Assembly: GCA_963775465.1 (NCBI GenBank) | Contig: CAVZIW010000004.1 | Span: 1-64,000 of the forward strand | DNA from: Candidatus Bathyarchaeota archaeon | Lineage (GTDB): Archaea; Thermoproteota; Bathyarchaeia; Bathyarchaeales; Bathycorpusculaceae | Length of the DNA stretch: 64,000 nt | Reading direction: 5' to 3' | Position numbers and translations under genes: made by a program | Part shown: piece after piece, positions 29,660 through 39,867 of the stretch | Layout: each line of letters begins with the position of its first letter | Numbering within the stretch: position 1 is the stretch's first letter | The notes under the pieces: model-generated | The model's database searches: none | The model's input: the letters and a program-made list of their open reading frames with translations, nothing else | Told to the model about the DNA's origin: nothing

Positions 29660-31159
29660 ATGGGCTTTCCGAAGAAATTTCTGTGGGGAGTTTCAAATAG
29701 CGGATTCCAATTCGAAATGGGCGATTCAAGCGGAAGGAATATCGATCCAAATACGGACTGGTACGCCTGGGTACATAACTCCTTCAATATTCGAAGGGGC
29801 ATTGTCAGTGGCGATCTGCCTGAGAAAGGCATAGACTACTGGAATCTCTATAAACAAGACCACACAATTGCCAAACAACTTGGCTTAAATGCTTACAGAA
29901 TAGGTATTGAATGGAGCAGAATATTTCCAACGAGCACCTCCGTAGTTGAAGTTCCAGTTGAAAAAACCTCTGATGGGGACCTTACCAATGTAGATGTTGA
30001 TGAGAGTGCTCTAAAGAGGCTCGAAAAACTCGCCGACAAAGACGCAGTACTCCACTATCGAGATGTTATAGAAGATTTACAAGACAAGGGTTTAGAAGTC
30101 TTTGTATGTTTGAATCACTTTACGCTGCCTTTGTGGATTCATGACCCCTTAGCCGTTCGCAAGACTAGAATGTACAGGGGTCCTAAAGGTTGGGTTGATA
30201 AGAACACGATAGTTGAGTTCACAAAGTATGCGGCATACATAGCTTACAAGTTGGGAGATCTGGTCAAGAATTGGGCTACTTTCAATGAGCCCATGGCAGT
30301 AGCTGAAGGCGGTTATATGATAGCTGAGTCTGGTTTTCCTCCCGGACTACGTAATGCTTTTAGAGTTTTTAGAAGGGTCGCCAGGAACCTTGTGGTCGCT
30401 CATGCCCGATCTTATGATGCTATTAAGAAGAATTGCAGTGATGCTAATGTTGGTTTGATTCATAATGTAATTCCGGTTATGCCTATGTCACCAGAAAAAA
30501 AGTCTGACATAAAAGCTGCTGAATACATGAACATGATACATAACCTCTTCTTCGTACAAGCTATATCCAAAGGTTGGCTGGACGAAAACCTAAATGAGGT
30601 AAAAGAGAAGGGCGAAATAGAACAATACATTGGAAATAGGCTTGATTGGTTGGGCGTAAATTATTATAGTAGACTTGTAGTTAAAGGAAGATCACTTGAA
30701 TTGGCAAAATTTTTTGCTGGAACTTCTGTAATTCCTTCGGCTGTTCCAGGTTTCGGTTTTACCTGTAAACCTTATTCTAAGTCAGCTAGCGGATTGTCGA
30801 CATCGGCATTTGGATGGGAGTCGTACCCCGAAGGGTTGCTTGATGCTTTAAAAGCGATGAAAGATTTTGGAAAACCTATTTATGTAACTGAAAATGGCGT
30901 TTCAGATTTCAAGGATGTGCTCAGATCCAAATTTTTGATCGAACACCTAAAAGTGTTAGAAAAGGCCATCAACGAGGAAAAAATCGATGTTCGCGGTTAT
31001 TTTCACTGGGCTCTTACGGACAATTATGAATGGGCAAAGGGTTTTGGACAGAAGTTCGGGTTGTATTCTGTCGACTTAGAGAGTAAGTCTCGGAAAAGCA
31101 GAAAAAGCGCAGAGGTTTTTAAGGGAATAATAAAAGAAGAGAAAGCTGAAGAACCGTGA
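29660..31159 (+). CDS. Glycoside hydrolase family 1 (beta-glucosidase/galactosidase)
   Basis: FLWGVSNSGFQFEMG, TFNEP acid/base, VTENG nucleophile, DNYEW. Confidence 0.93.
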   Translation: MGFPKKFLWGVSNSGFQFEMGDSSGRNIDPNTDWYAWVHNSFNIRRGIVSGDLPEKGIDYWNLYKQDHTIAKQLGLNAYRIGIEWSRIFPTSTSVVEVPVEKTSDGDLTNVDVDESALKRLEKLADKDAVLHYRDVIEDLQDKGLEVFVCLNHFTLPLWIHDPLAVRKTRMYRGPKGWVDKNTIVEFTKYAAYIAYKLGDLVKNWATFNEPMAVAEGGYMIAESGFPPGLRNAFRVFRRVARNLVVAHARSYDAIKKNCSDANVGLIHNVIPVMPMSPEKKSDIKAAEYMNMIHNLFFVQAISKGWLDENLNEVKEKGEIEQYIGNRLDWLGVNYYSRLVVKGRSLELAKFFAGTSVIPSAVPGFGFTCKPYSKSASGLSTSAFGWESYPEGLLDALKAMKDFGKPIYVTENGVSDFKDVLRSKFLIEHLKVLEKAINEEKIDVRGYFHWALTDNYEWAKGFGQKFGLYSVDLESKSRKSRKSAEVFKGIIKEEKAEEP

Positions 31160-31560
31160 AGGTTTTCCTGCACGAACTACACCATGGACACAATTGCCTG
31201 AAACATGATGCTTAAAACTATTTGAACAAAATTATGAAAAAGCGATTTTTCGGCAAATACCGCTTACATAAAGGAGAAAGCTAGCACAAAAATCAATCGA
31301 CAATTACTGTGCAAAAAAGACCAGGCATATTTATCAGATCCTGAACAAGCAGACAGGGTTTTGATAAAACAAACTAGTGGGGTTGGTCTCGGAAACCGCA
31401 TTTTTTTCTTTTTCTTGAGCTCTTTTCATTCAATAGTTGTCTTTATGGTTCATTTTTCGACATATTGTGGCAAGAGAAATCTGCTTTAAATCGAATTGAA
31501 GCGAAGAGAACATAGTACGATGGAACGACTATATGCAAAGAGAACAAGGGTGGTGAAGTT

Positions 31561-31668
31561 TTGGCTGCGATGAGTAGTAAGTGTTCCTGCGGGGAAAACG
31601 CCAATGTTTTCGAAGAGGGAAAGCAGTGCTGCGGAAAATGTTATTTAAAGAAGCATGGTAGGCGTTAA
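31561..31668 (+). CDS. Unannotated 35-aa Cys-rich microprotein
   Basis: GGTGA SD then TTG; MAAMSSKCSCGENANVFEEGKQCCGKCYLKKHGRR. Confidence 0.55.
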   Translation: MAAMSSKCSCGENANVFEEGKQCCGKCYLKKHGRR

Positions 31669-31790
31669 CAATCATGCGAATAAATGTGGTTTTTTGAGTA
31701 GTTGTGGAACATGTAGAACCAGAACATTTTTTATCGCAGCAAATGATATTTTCTCCTTCTAGTTACTGATAAGCAAAGAGATGATTCACT

Positions 31791-33266
31791 GTGAGCAGCA
31801 GATGTAATGTATTAGTGATAGGTGCTGGCGTGATTGGCTGTGCTATCGCAAGAGAACTGGCAAAATTTAAAATCAAAACAGTGTTGTTAGAGAAGGAACC
31901 AGACGTTGGTTCTGGTGTAAGCAAAGGTAACAGTGGAGTCCTTCACACAGGTCTTTACTATCCCAAAGGGAGCTTGAAGGCTAGACTGTGCGTTGAAGGG
32001 CGATTGATGTTTCCAGAGTTGGCAAATCAACTTTATGTACCCTACAAATTCTGTGGAAAACATGTAATTGCCCGAACAGAAGAAGAACTCGAAGACTTAG
32101 AAAGCTTAAAAGCGGTTGGGGTAGGCAATGGAGCGAAAGAAGTAACCATAATCTCTGGAAAAGAACTGAAAGAGCGAGAACCCCATCTGGATGCCCTCTA
32201 TGCGTTATATTCTCCTGTTGCTGGAATCATTCCTCCTTATCTTTTCACTATTGCTTTGGCTGAGAATGCCTTAAGCAACGGCGTGAAAATTCATGTTAAC
32301 GCAGAAGTGTCCGCAATAAGACAAGTAAATAGCGGTTACAAAGTAACGACAAATCAGGGAGTCTTCTATGCAGACTTTGTCGTGAATAGTGCAGGTCTTT
32401 TCGCAGACAGAGTCTCTGCTATGATCGGCATTGATGATTATGAACTCTATCCTTGCCGTGGCGAATATCTCATCCTTGACAAGAGTTGCCGTGATCTAAT
32501 CAGCAGCATGGTCTATCCAGTGCCCCCAAAAATTGCTGGAGTTTTGGGTGTTCATCTCACGCCTACATTGGATGGAAACATATTGATTGGACCTAGTGAA
32601 GAATTCATAAGCGATAGAGAAGACACAAGAACAACCAAAGAAAAGATTCGGCAACTAATTGAGGGGGCTAAAAGTTTACTCCCGTCAATTCCACTGAATC
32701 AAATTATCTACGGCTTTTCTGCAGTGAGATCTAAAATTACTACGCCAGAAGAGAAGGGGTCGCGTGATTTCATAATTAAGGAGGACGTCGAAAACTTTAT
32801 CAACATGATAGGGATGGAGTCCCCTGGTCTTACCTCCTCTCCTGCCATCGCAAGATTGGTTGTTCGAATGATTAAAGAAAAGATGGATTTGGAAGATAAG
32901 ATAGATTTTAATCCTATCCGCAGAAGAATCACTCCTTTTAGTGAAACATCACGAACAGAGCAAACTTCTTTGATTAAGACGAATCCCGCATACGGTGAAA
33001 TCGTCTGTAGATGTGAACATGTTTCCAAAGTAGAAATCTTGGAAGCACTAAACAATCCAATTTCAGAGAAAACAATATCCGCCGTAAAATATCGTACCCG
33101 AGCAGGTATGGGCAGATGCCACGGGGGTTTCTGCTTGCCCAGAATTGTGGAAATTTTAAAAGAGGAATACGGTTTGTCCCCTGAAGAGATTAAGTTGAAG
33201 AATAAAGATTCGTCTCTATTTATAGGTGAAACTAAAGAGCTAAGGGAGAATAAAAGAAGTGAGTGA
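31791..33266 (+). CDS. FAD-dependent oxidoreductase (glycerol-3-phosphate dehydrogenase/LhgO-like) with BFD-like [2Fe-2S] domain
   Basis: GAGVIG, SKGNSGVLH, SPGLTSSPAIA, CRCE...RAGMGRCHGGFC. Confidence 0.88.
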   Translation: MSSRCNVLVIGAGVIGCAIARELAKFKIKTVLLEKEPDVGSGVSKGNSGVLHTGLYYPKGSLKARLCVEGRLMFPELANQLYVPYKFCGKHVIARTEEELEDLESLKAVGVGNGAKEVTIISGKELKEREPHLDALYALYSPVAGIIPPYLFTIALAENALSNGVKIHVNAEVSAIRQVNSGYKVTTNQGVFYADFVVNSAGLFADRVSAMIGIDDYELYPCRGEYLILDKSCRDLISSMVYPVPPKIAGVLGVHLTPTLDGNILIGPSEEFISDREDTRTTKEKIRQLIEGAKSLLPSIPLNQIIYGFSAVRSKITTPEEKGSRDFIIKEDVENFINMIGMESPGLTSSPAIARLVVRMIKEKMDLEDKIDFNPIRRRITPFSETSRTEQTSLIKTNPAYGEIVCRCEHVSKVEILEALNNPISEKTISAVKYRTRAGMGRCHGGFCLPRIVEILKEEYGLSPEEIKLKNKDSSLFIGETKELRENKRSE

Positions 33267-34512
33267 GTTACAGGTTCAAGATGTTGATTTACTTGTGATA
33301 GGGGCTGGTCCAGCCGGGTTAGCTGCAGCCATCAGTGCAAAGAAAAACGGTCTCCAAAATTTGGTTGTCGTTGAAAGGAATGGCTGGCTAGGCGGCATTC
33401 TTCCTCAGTGTATACATGATGGTTTCGGCCTTGAAATCTTCAAAGAACAATTGACTGGCCCAGAATATGCTCAAAGATACATCGATGAGCTGAAGAGATT
33501 AAAAATCCCATTTATGCTTGATAGTATGGTACTTGAGATTACGCCTGAAAAAAAGGTGTTCGTTGCTGATCAAAAGGGCATGTTTTGTTTTAACGCAAAA
33601 GCGATAGTTCTTGCTATGGGGTGTCGTGAACGAACTCGAGGACAGATTTGCATTCCAGGAACAAGACCTGCTGGAGTGTATACTGCTGGTGTCTCCCAGA
33701 ATCTCATTAATTTGAAGAATGTGATGGTTGGCAAAGATGTTGTTATTCTCGGTTCGGGCGACGTAGGTTTGATTATGGCGCGTCGACTTACTTTGGAAGG
33801 CGCTAAAGTCCACGCTGTGGTTGAGATTCTCCCTCACACCAATGGTTTGCCGCGAAACATTCAGCAGTGTTTAATTGACTATGACATTCCTCTTCTTCTC
33901 TCGCACACCGTTACAGAAATTCATGGGCAGAATAGGGTTGAAGCAGTCTCAATCGCACCTGTTGACAAGGATTTACAACCAATCAAAAGTAAAGAACAAA
34001 AAATTACCTGTGACACTCTCCTCCTTTCTATAGGTTTAATTCCAGAAAATGATCTATCAAAAAATTTCGATGTTAAACTCAGTCAAATTACTGGAGGACC
34101 TATCGTGGATGAAAAGCTTGAAACTTCAGTATCTGGAGTCTTTGCATGCGGGAACGCCCTTCACGTTCACGATGTAGTGGATTTTGTTACACTTGAAGCG
34201 GAAAAGGCTGGAAAAAGCGCAGCGGAACATGTTCTCGGAAAGATTAGAAGGGTGAAAAAAATCCCAATAGAAATAGGTGATAAAATTCGATATGTTTTGC
34301 CTCAAAGCATCTGCCGTGGTGTTGACCTTGAGTTGTCTATTCGTGTAACCAGTCCCAATGAAGATGTGGAACTTGGTTTTTTTGATGGAGAGACATTAGT
34401 AAAGACAAAAAAGTTTCGCAAGGTTCACCCTGCTCAGATGATCAAAATAAAATTGAAGGGAAGCGAAACCAGTGCTGTCAATTCTCTAAGAGTTGAGGTT
34501 TTAAAGAAATGA
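33259..34512 (+). CDS. Pyridine nucleotide-disulfide oxidoreductase
   Basis: GAGPAG, GGILPQCIH, LAMGCRER, GSGDVG, GNALHVHD. Confidence 0.88.
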   Translation: MSELQVQDVDLLVIGAGPAGLAAAISAKKNGLQNLVVVERNGWLGGILPQCIHDGFGLEIFKEQLTGPEYAQRYIDELKRLKIPFMLDSMVLEITPEKKVFVADQKGMFCFNAKAIVLAMGCRERTRGQICIPGTRPAGVYTAGVSQNLINLKNVMVGKDVVILGSGDVGLIMARRLTLEGAKVHAVVEILPHTNGLPRNIQQCLIDYDIPLLLSHTVTEIHGQNRVEAVSIAPVDKDLQPIKSKEQKITCDTLLLSIGLIPENDLSKNFDVKLSQITGGPIVDEKLETSVSGVFACGNALHVHDVVDFVTLEAEKAGKSAAEHVLGKIRRVKKIPIEIGDKIRYVLPQSICRGVDLELSIRVTSPNEDVELGFFDGETLVKTKKFRKVHPAQMIKIKLKGSETSAVNSLRVEVLKK

Positions 34513-34880
34513 AAAATGAAATGATCTGCATCGGTTGTCCTATGGGCTGCTATATCTCTGTAGACCATGTGGGAACAAAAATACGCCACGTTAGGGGAAA
34601 TCGATGCAAAGTGGGGTTGAAATACGCGGAAAAAGAGATTTCAAATCCTGAACGAACCCTTACAACTACCGTGAAAGTGAAACATGGTCATCTTCCTTTA
34701 GTCAGTGTGAGAACAAACAAACCAATACCCAAAGACAGAATCTTCGACGTAATGAATTTGTTGGCAGAAATTGAACTAGAAGCACCCGTTAAAATTGGAG
34801 AACCAATCATACAGAACGTTTTTGATACTGGTGTTAACGTGGTAGCTACAAAAAACATCTTGAGAAAAAAAGAACGTTAG
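34509..34880 (+). CDS. DUF1667-family CxxC protein
   Basis: CIGCPMGC...GNRC...RTLTTTV; usual third gene of this operon. Confidence 0.88.
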   Translation: MKNEMICIGCPMGCYISVDHVGTKIRHVRGNRCKVGLKYAEKEISNPERTLTTTVKVKHGHLPLVSVRTNKPIPKDRIFDVMNLLAEIELEAPVKIGEPIIQNVFDTGVNVVATKNILRKKER

Positions 34881-35027
34881 TTGGTGCACCGAAATGTGGC
34901 TGTAAGAGTTGCCCAATCTTATCTTTTTTGGAATCTGGCGCATTAGAAAATTATATTGGTGCTTTTAAAGAAACTACAAATTAATGACCTTAAGGCAGAA
35001 CCATATTCTCATTGCATAAGCGAATAA

Positions 35028-35315
35028 TTAATGATTCGAGGAAATTGGGGTTTTTTGAAATAATTTTCTTAGCTCATTTTTAGCCTGCTCAAGAATTTGC
35101 TTACGCTCATCAGGCAAATTCTTGCCGGCGCGATTGACGTAGAAGTTTAGCATACTCATCGCTGATTGGTACGCTGTACCTTTTCGCCTGATGCTTTGTT
35201 CAGCCGACTTTTTTAATGAATAAGCTATCTCATTTGGATCCTTTAAAGTGAATACGCCTTGCTCTAAATCCAAAGCATTACTACGTTCAGTAACTACCTT
35301 TGACCATTTTTTCAA
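35028..35315 (-). CDS. DUF3175-family protein
   Basis: KWSKVVTERSNALDLEQGVF...SAMSMLNFYVNRAGKNL. Confidence 0.85.
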   Translation of the reverse strand: MKKWSKVVTERSNALDLEQGVFTLKDPNEIAYSLKKSAEQSIRRKGTAYQSAMSMLNFYVNRAGKNLPDERKQILEQAKNELRKLFQKTPISSNH

Positions 35316-35407
35316 AACCCATCACCTCGATTAATGAACAAGATTGCTTCGAAATATGTTTGATCAACACAAACTTCGTAAAAGAGCGGCCACTATCTAA
35401 GCTCTTT

Positions 35408-35623
35408 CTAGGGACCATGCTTTATTGACATGTGTAGGTCGATCTCTGTTTTGCTGTTGAAGACTTTGCCGCATATTTCACAATTGTAACTTTGTCTTTC
35501 TTCAGATTGCGCAGGTTTGCCTGGTATGGGTATGTTTGGCGGCGGAGTCTCTGGGTGATCAGGAGAATTAGGCATCGGTAGCAAACTATCTTTTTTTGAG
35601 GTTTTATAAGTCAACTTAATCAC
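35408..35623 (-). CDS. Small Pro-rich C2H2 zinc-finger protein (start probably the internal Met)
   Basis: CEICGKVFNSKTEIDLHMSIKH. Confidence 0.7.
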   Translation of the reverse strand: MIKLTYKTSKKDSLLPMPNSPDHPETPPPNIPIPGKPAQSEERQSYNCEICGKVFNSKTEIDLHMSIKHGP

Positions 35624-35702
35624 TATGAATTATCGGTATTCTGATTTCTTAAACCTATGTTGTTGTCTTATTGTACAAACAAGCGCTATCTTTAGGGCTT
35701 CT

Positions 35703-35951
35703 TCACAGCGGGGTTACCGTTATAGCTGAAACAGGACAGGATTTAGCTGCTTCTTGAGCGCTGACTAATTGGTTATCGTCAAATTCATTGCTATATTTTG
35801 CCTCGTCTGTATTTCCGCCGACAACTCTAGCTTGCTGATTTTGCCCCGATGCAAAATGCAGTCCATCCGTTGCGTAGCATGCCCCTGTTGAAATACAAAC
35901 GTTCAGGTCAACTTCAACTTTGTATTTTGCCATAAAAATCATCAAGTACAT
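35703..35951 (-). CDS. Monocluster ferredoxin
   Basis: CISTGAC...AAKSCPVSAI. Confidence 0.85.
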   Translation of the reverse strand: MYLMIFMAKYKVEVDLNVCISTGACYATDGLHFASGQNQQARVVGGNTDEAKYSNEFDDNQLVSAQEAAKSCPVSAITVTPL

Positions 35952-36123
35952 TCTAGTAGATGCTTAATTTTAATTTTCTCCTTGGTACGTTTTGAAATTT
36001 TCATCACCCATTTAGTTAGCCAGAAAAAAGAACTTCAACGCTTTTGAATTTTTTAAAAGCTTTTACATCAAAGTAACTTGGTAAACAATGTTTGTATATT
36101 GATGTTAGGTTAATGTTTAAAGG

Positions 36124-36699
36124 TTGCAAAAAACATCATGTCATAAAAAATTAAGTGAACATATGCCGTTTTGTCGAAAATGTGGACGTAGACTCGCCGA
36201 GTATAGTGAAAGTTGCCCTGAATGCAGAACATCAACCACTGCTCCTCTCATAAAAATCAAAAAAGCAACAGTTAGCCATTCAGTTGCAGCTACTGCTTCA
36301 AAGAAGGTAGCTAAGGCTATTATCCCCGCCAAACCCATCATAATTTCTATCAAAGTCATTGACCAAGATAAACCCGTCAAGGAGGGTGGCCGATCTAAAG
36401 CCACTGCTCCTACCAAATCAATTATCCAACCGAAAACTCCTTCACCCGCTACGGTTAACCCCCCGCATGAAATCATAAAAAGCAATGTATCCCTCGAAGA
36501 AGACATCATTAACAACCCCCAAGATTACGAAACACAAACTTTCAATTTCGACCTCATATGTCCACATAGCCATTTTTGGTCTGCCGGTAGAGCTGTCATC
36601 GTTTCAAATGGAAGAGGATACTGTCCCCGATGTGGTGAACGCTTACGAAAACCCAAGAGCAAGAAGTCTAAAAAGCCTCCGAGATCTAAACTCTTGTAA
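36124..36699 (+). CDS. Double zinc-ribbon hypothetical protein (start probably MPFC)
   Basis: CRKC..CPEC at the N-terminus; CPHSH..CPRC at the C-terminus. Confidence 0.7.
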   Translation: MQKTSCHKKLSEHMPFCRKCGRRLAEYSESCPECRTSTTAPLIKIKKATVSHSVAATASKKVAKAIIPAKPIIISIKVIDQDKPVKEGGRSKATAPTKSIIQPKTPSPATVNPPHEIIKSNVSLEEDIINNPQDYETQTFNFDLICPHSHFWSAGRAVIVSNGRGYCPRCGERLRKPKSKKSKKPPRSKLL

Positions 36700-37017
36700 T
36701 TTCTGTGATGTCAACGCCCAGCTAAAACAGATTTATGAAACTCAGCCGCTAATTTTTGCGTTTGATATTTTGGTTTCCTCCTTCCTGACTTCAGTTTTAT
36801 TTCTCCGCTTTTTGCCAGATCAAATCCTGCAACTTATACTTGATCCTCGGATCTTTGCGTGTTGTCTAAGCAGTATACAAATCAGCATTGGTTCAAAAAG
36901 GTTGGATAGGAGCAATTGCCCAGGTGCATAGCTTCGAAACATATTCATCAGAGAATTGAATGCTTCATGATCCTTCCTACGTAGCGTCCTAGCAAAGCCA
37001 GTCTATGGTGGTTTTTT

Positions 37018-37045
37018 TAGTTAGTCAAGAAAGTTTGACTAAATA
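37018..37045 (+). repeat. 28-bp 11-6-11 palindrome, copy 1: TAGTTAGTCAA GAAAGT TTGACTAAATA
   Basis: Arms are 10/11 complementary. Confidence 0.85.
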
Positions 37046-37061
37046 TTCTCGGTTTTTTGGG

Positions 37062-37089
37062 AGTTTAGTCAAGGTTTCTTGATGAAAAG
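37062..37089 (-). repeat. 28-bp site, copy 2: AGTTTAGTCAA GGTTTC TTGATGAAAAG
   Basis: Same TCAA-N6-TTGA core; spacer reads GAAACC on the minus strand. Confidence 0.75.
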
Positions 37090-37122
37090 GACTTTAAGAC
37101 TGGATCTTCAAAAGCAGTTTCG

Positions 37123-38370
37123 ATGAAAATGAAAGCTTACACAGCCTTAATCTTGGCAACCTTAATTGTATCAATTTCATTGACTGCTTCGCCTGTGTTT
37201 GCGTCTAGTGCGCCCTGTGTGGGAGTCAAAGAAGGCGACTGGATCGAATACGACATCACGATAGAGGGTACTGGTACTGCGCCGCCAACCCATGACGTGC
37301 GGTCGATGAGGATAGAAGTTTTGGTTGTTGATGAGGCGGCGTTCTCGGTGAACCTTACCGCTAGGTACGCCAACGGCACTGTAGGCAGCGCCATTTGGAA
37401 ATACAACTTCACAGAAGGCAACGTCGGAGGATGGACAATCATCCCAGCCAACCTCAGCCCTGGAGAAACCTTCTATGACTTCTCAATTCACAACAATAAA
37501 CCCGTCAACGTAACCATACAGCGGGAGGAGCAAAAAATCGTGCTAGGCGCAACCCGAACTGTCACGTATGGAAACGACTCAATAAGACACATTAAAGAAT
37601 GGGACAAAGCCTCCGGCTTCTTTATCGGTTCCTCAGAAGTCATCCAAAACATCACAAACAAGGATGGTTGGTATATTGATGACTTAACTGTTTCCACCAA
37701 AGCAGTCGCCACCAACATTTGGAGCCCCCAAATTATGGGAAACCAAGCTGTTTTTGCCTTGGTTGCGGCAGGCATAGTGCTGGCAGCGGTGATATTTGCT
37801 TCAGCAATAATAATCGTTAAAAGAGAACCATTAAGGAGGCTTACTCAACGTTACCCTATAATTGGGAAAAAGTTGGTAGTCGGGGTTTTTACGTTTCTTA
37901 TGTTGGGGATGGGTTTTTTAGCTCTTATTTTCTTTTTTTGGAATGAGGTCGGTCTCAGTGATGCCCAAATTAACCTGATTATTCAGTCTTACTGGATTGG
38001 GTTAATCATAGCAAGCATGGGTTTTAGGAAAGTAGGCAATTACTTCGTGCATGGCTTAGTAATGGCGGTGGTTGTCGTCGCCACTGTAGTGGGTTTTTCT
38101 TTGGTTCTGCTTATGTCTCCTCCTAGCGGTGGATCCATGGGCTCATACTTCACTTCTCCGTTGAAGGTAGCAGAAATCGTTGCACACAGCGTTCTATCGA
38201 TTCCGGCAATAGCATTTGGCGTTTGGTCAGTGGCTATTTGGCGCCCCAACTCGTCAACGTTTCCAGCGAAAAGCAGAAGGATTGTACAGTTAACGGTTAT
38301 TCTTTGGGTGCTCTCCTTTGTTGCAGGGGTTTTGGGATACATTGCTGATTACACACCCCTTTTTGGATGA
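37123..38370 (+). CDS. Secreted-domain plus multi-TM membrane protein
   Basis: Signal peptide, VGVKEGDWIEY domain, then about six TM helices with conserved-looking His residues. Confidence 0.8.
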   Translation: MKMKAYTALILATLIVSISLTASPVFASSAPCVGVKEGDWIEYDITIEGTGTAPPTHDVRSMRIEVLVVDEAAFSVNLTARYANGTVGSAIWKYNFTEGNVGGWTIIPANLSPGETFYDFSIHNNKPVNVTIQREEQKIVLGATRTVTYGNDSIRHIKEWDKASGFFIGSSEVIQNITNKDGWYIDDLTVSTKAVATNIWSPQIMGNQAVFALVAAGIVLAAVIFASAIIIVKREPLRRLTQRYPIIGKKLVVGVFTFLMLGMGFLALIFFFWNEVGLSDAQINLIIQSYWIGLIIASMGFRKVGNYFVHGLVMAVVVVATVVGFSLVLLMSPPSGGSMGSYFTSPLKVAEIVAHSVLSIPAIAFGVWSVAIWRPNSSTFPAKSRRIVQLTVILWVLSFVAGVLGYIADYTPLFG

Positions 38371-38470
38371 TTCGATTTCAATAGCCCAACAATACAGCAC
38401 CTATGTTCCTTAAACCCATCCAATGATTAATACTGATGCAAAAACCTATCGTGGTGAAGGGTTTATTGGT

Positions 38471-39088
38471 CTACCCCAAAAAACATAAACGTGATACTGT
38501 TTTACTGCGATGAAAAAAACTTTTTGCCCTCGTCACCGCATAAACAGCCACCACTAAGAAAATGACAATCAAAGCGCTTAATCCAGCCAATAAAGGTGAA
38601 GTAAACTCAGTTTCAGAAGGAGGAGAATCCAAGTTAGATTGATTGTTAGATGGAATTGGGGTTTCGGTTGGGTCCTTGATAGATGAATTTTCAACAATTG
38701 CATAGTTGAGGGTTGCCTCCATGTCTCCAATTCTTAAATTCGGATCTCCGGCTCCAACGTTGAAGCGAAACCGATAGTCACCAGTGTATTCGCAGTAAAC
38801 GTCAAATGCAGCATGACTTGTTTGGTAGACCTCGTAGAGCACGATGTCAGTTGGACATTTTTCTAACCCTTCAATCTTCGATATTTTAAATGCGTACTGA
38901 ACTGTCTCTGTATTTTTGGTGGAGAAGTCAGTCCAAGTAGGTACATTGGAAACTGCAAAGTTACCTACAATCCTGTCGCCTTCGTTGGCAAAAACTGCCC
39001 TTGTAACTGAAGCAGACTCAACTAGCGGAAACGACTCAGAACATACATGGGCTGCTTGACCAAGACCAACAAACGGAGTCAAAAGCAA
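38471..39088 (-). CDS. Secreted protein with C-terminal TM anchor (5' end possibly eroded)
   Basis: Hydrophobic N-terminus, beta domain, Pro/Ser linker, TEF-TM-basic tail. Confidence 0.6.
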   Translation of the reverse strand: MLLTPFVGLGQAAHVCSESFPLVESASVTRAVFANEGDRIVGNFAVSNVPTWTDFSTKNTETVQYAFKISKIEGLEKCPTDIVLYEVYQTSHAAFDVYCEYTGDYRFRFNVGAGDPNLRIGDMEATLNYAIVENSSIKDPTETPIPSNNQSNLDSPPSETEFTSPLLAGLSALIVIFLVVAVYAVTRAKSFFHRSKTVSRLCFLG

Positions 39089-39134
39089 AATAGAAAGGGT
39101 TAACGCAAAAAAAGAAAAATTCAGAAGAGTCCCC

Positions 39135-39632
39135 TTACAATTGTTTTAAAGCCACGTGAAATTCAGAGGGTCCGCCAGGAGGAACCACAAAGAACACTGT
39201 ATAGCTTTGCTCTGTCGAGGCGCCAAAGGTTTCTATGTAAGGTTGGCTGGCTTTTATCTCAAAATCTGCGTTTTGTATATCACTTATAATTGGATACAGA
39301 TCTCCGGCTTTGCAAGTATTGTTACTTCCCCTATCCCAGTAGCCCTTGTATAGGTAAACGTCAGTCCAGCCATTAGCGCCACCAGGCATCTTGGTGCAAT
39401 TAACCGTTAGCTGCCAGTTCTCATTTGCAGCCACCGTAAAAGGCACGTAAAATGTTGGAACTGAACTGTTAAGAAATCGCAGACAATCACTCTTTGCGGA
39501 GACAACAAAATCCATTTCTTTTGTAGGCAGCTGAGTCGACGTATTCGAAGAATCTAAAAAGAAAACAGTAGGTAAACCCACAGCTACGACTATAACAATA
39601 GCAACTAAACCTAAGATCTTTTTCTCATTCAT
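39135..39632 (-). CDS. N-terminally anchored secreted hypothetical protein
   Basis: Signal anchor then a beta-rich domain with Cys residues. Confidence 0.75.
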   Translation of the reverse strand: MNEKKILGLVAIVIVVAVGLPTVFFLDSSNTSTQLPTKEMDFVVSAKSDCLRFLNSSVPTFYVPFTVAANENWQLTVNCTKMPGGANGWTDVYLYKGYWDRGSNNTCKAGDLYPIISDIQNADFEIKASQPYIETFGASTEQSYTVFFVVPPGGPSEFHVALKQL

Positions 39633-39673
39633 TTTTTTCCCTGTCTCATACTGTTTTCTGTAAGTTTAAAAGT

Positions 39674-39701
39674 CTTCTTGTCAAGATTTCTTGACTAACT
39701 A
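39674..39701 (-). repeat. 28-bp site, copy 3 (minus strand TAGTTAGTCAA GAAATC TTGACAAGAAG)
   Basis: Left arm identical to copy 1, including a flanking GGTTTTT. Confidence 0.85.
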
Positions 39702-39748
39702 AAAACCTTGTTCTAACAACCTTCAATTTTGCCATCGCTAAACAATAG

Positions 39749-39867
39749 CCTTTCCCGACACTCTATCAGTTGACTTCGTTTCTGTTTTTACAGTTGGTAT
39801 AGTTGTAGTTGCTGGTTTGGTGGTTTACCGCAAAAAACACAAACTCAGTTTAGCAATGAATTCTTGA
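39749..39867 (+). pseudogene. Orphan C-terminal sorting/TM fragment of a surface protein
   Basis: PFPT (frameshift) LSVDFVSVFTVGIVVVAGLVVYRKKHKLSLAMNS*; no upstream body. Confidence 0.65.

Noticed and set aside
36485-36931. 148-aa plus-strand ORF overlapping the zinc-ribbon gene
   Set aside because: Out-of-frame overlap with a better-supported gene; no recognisable features.
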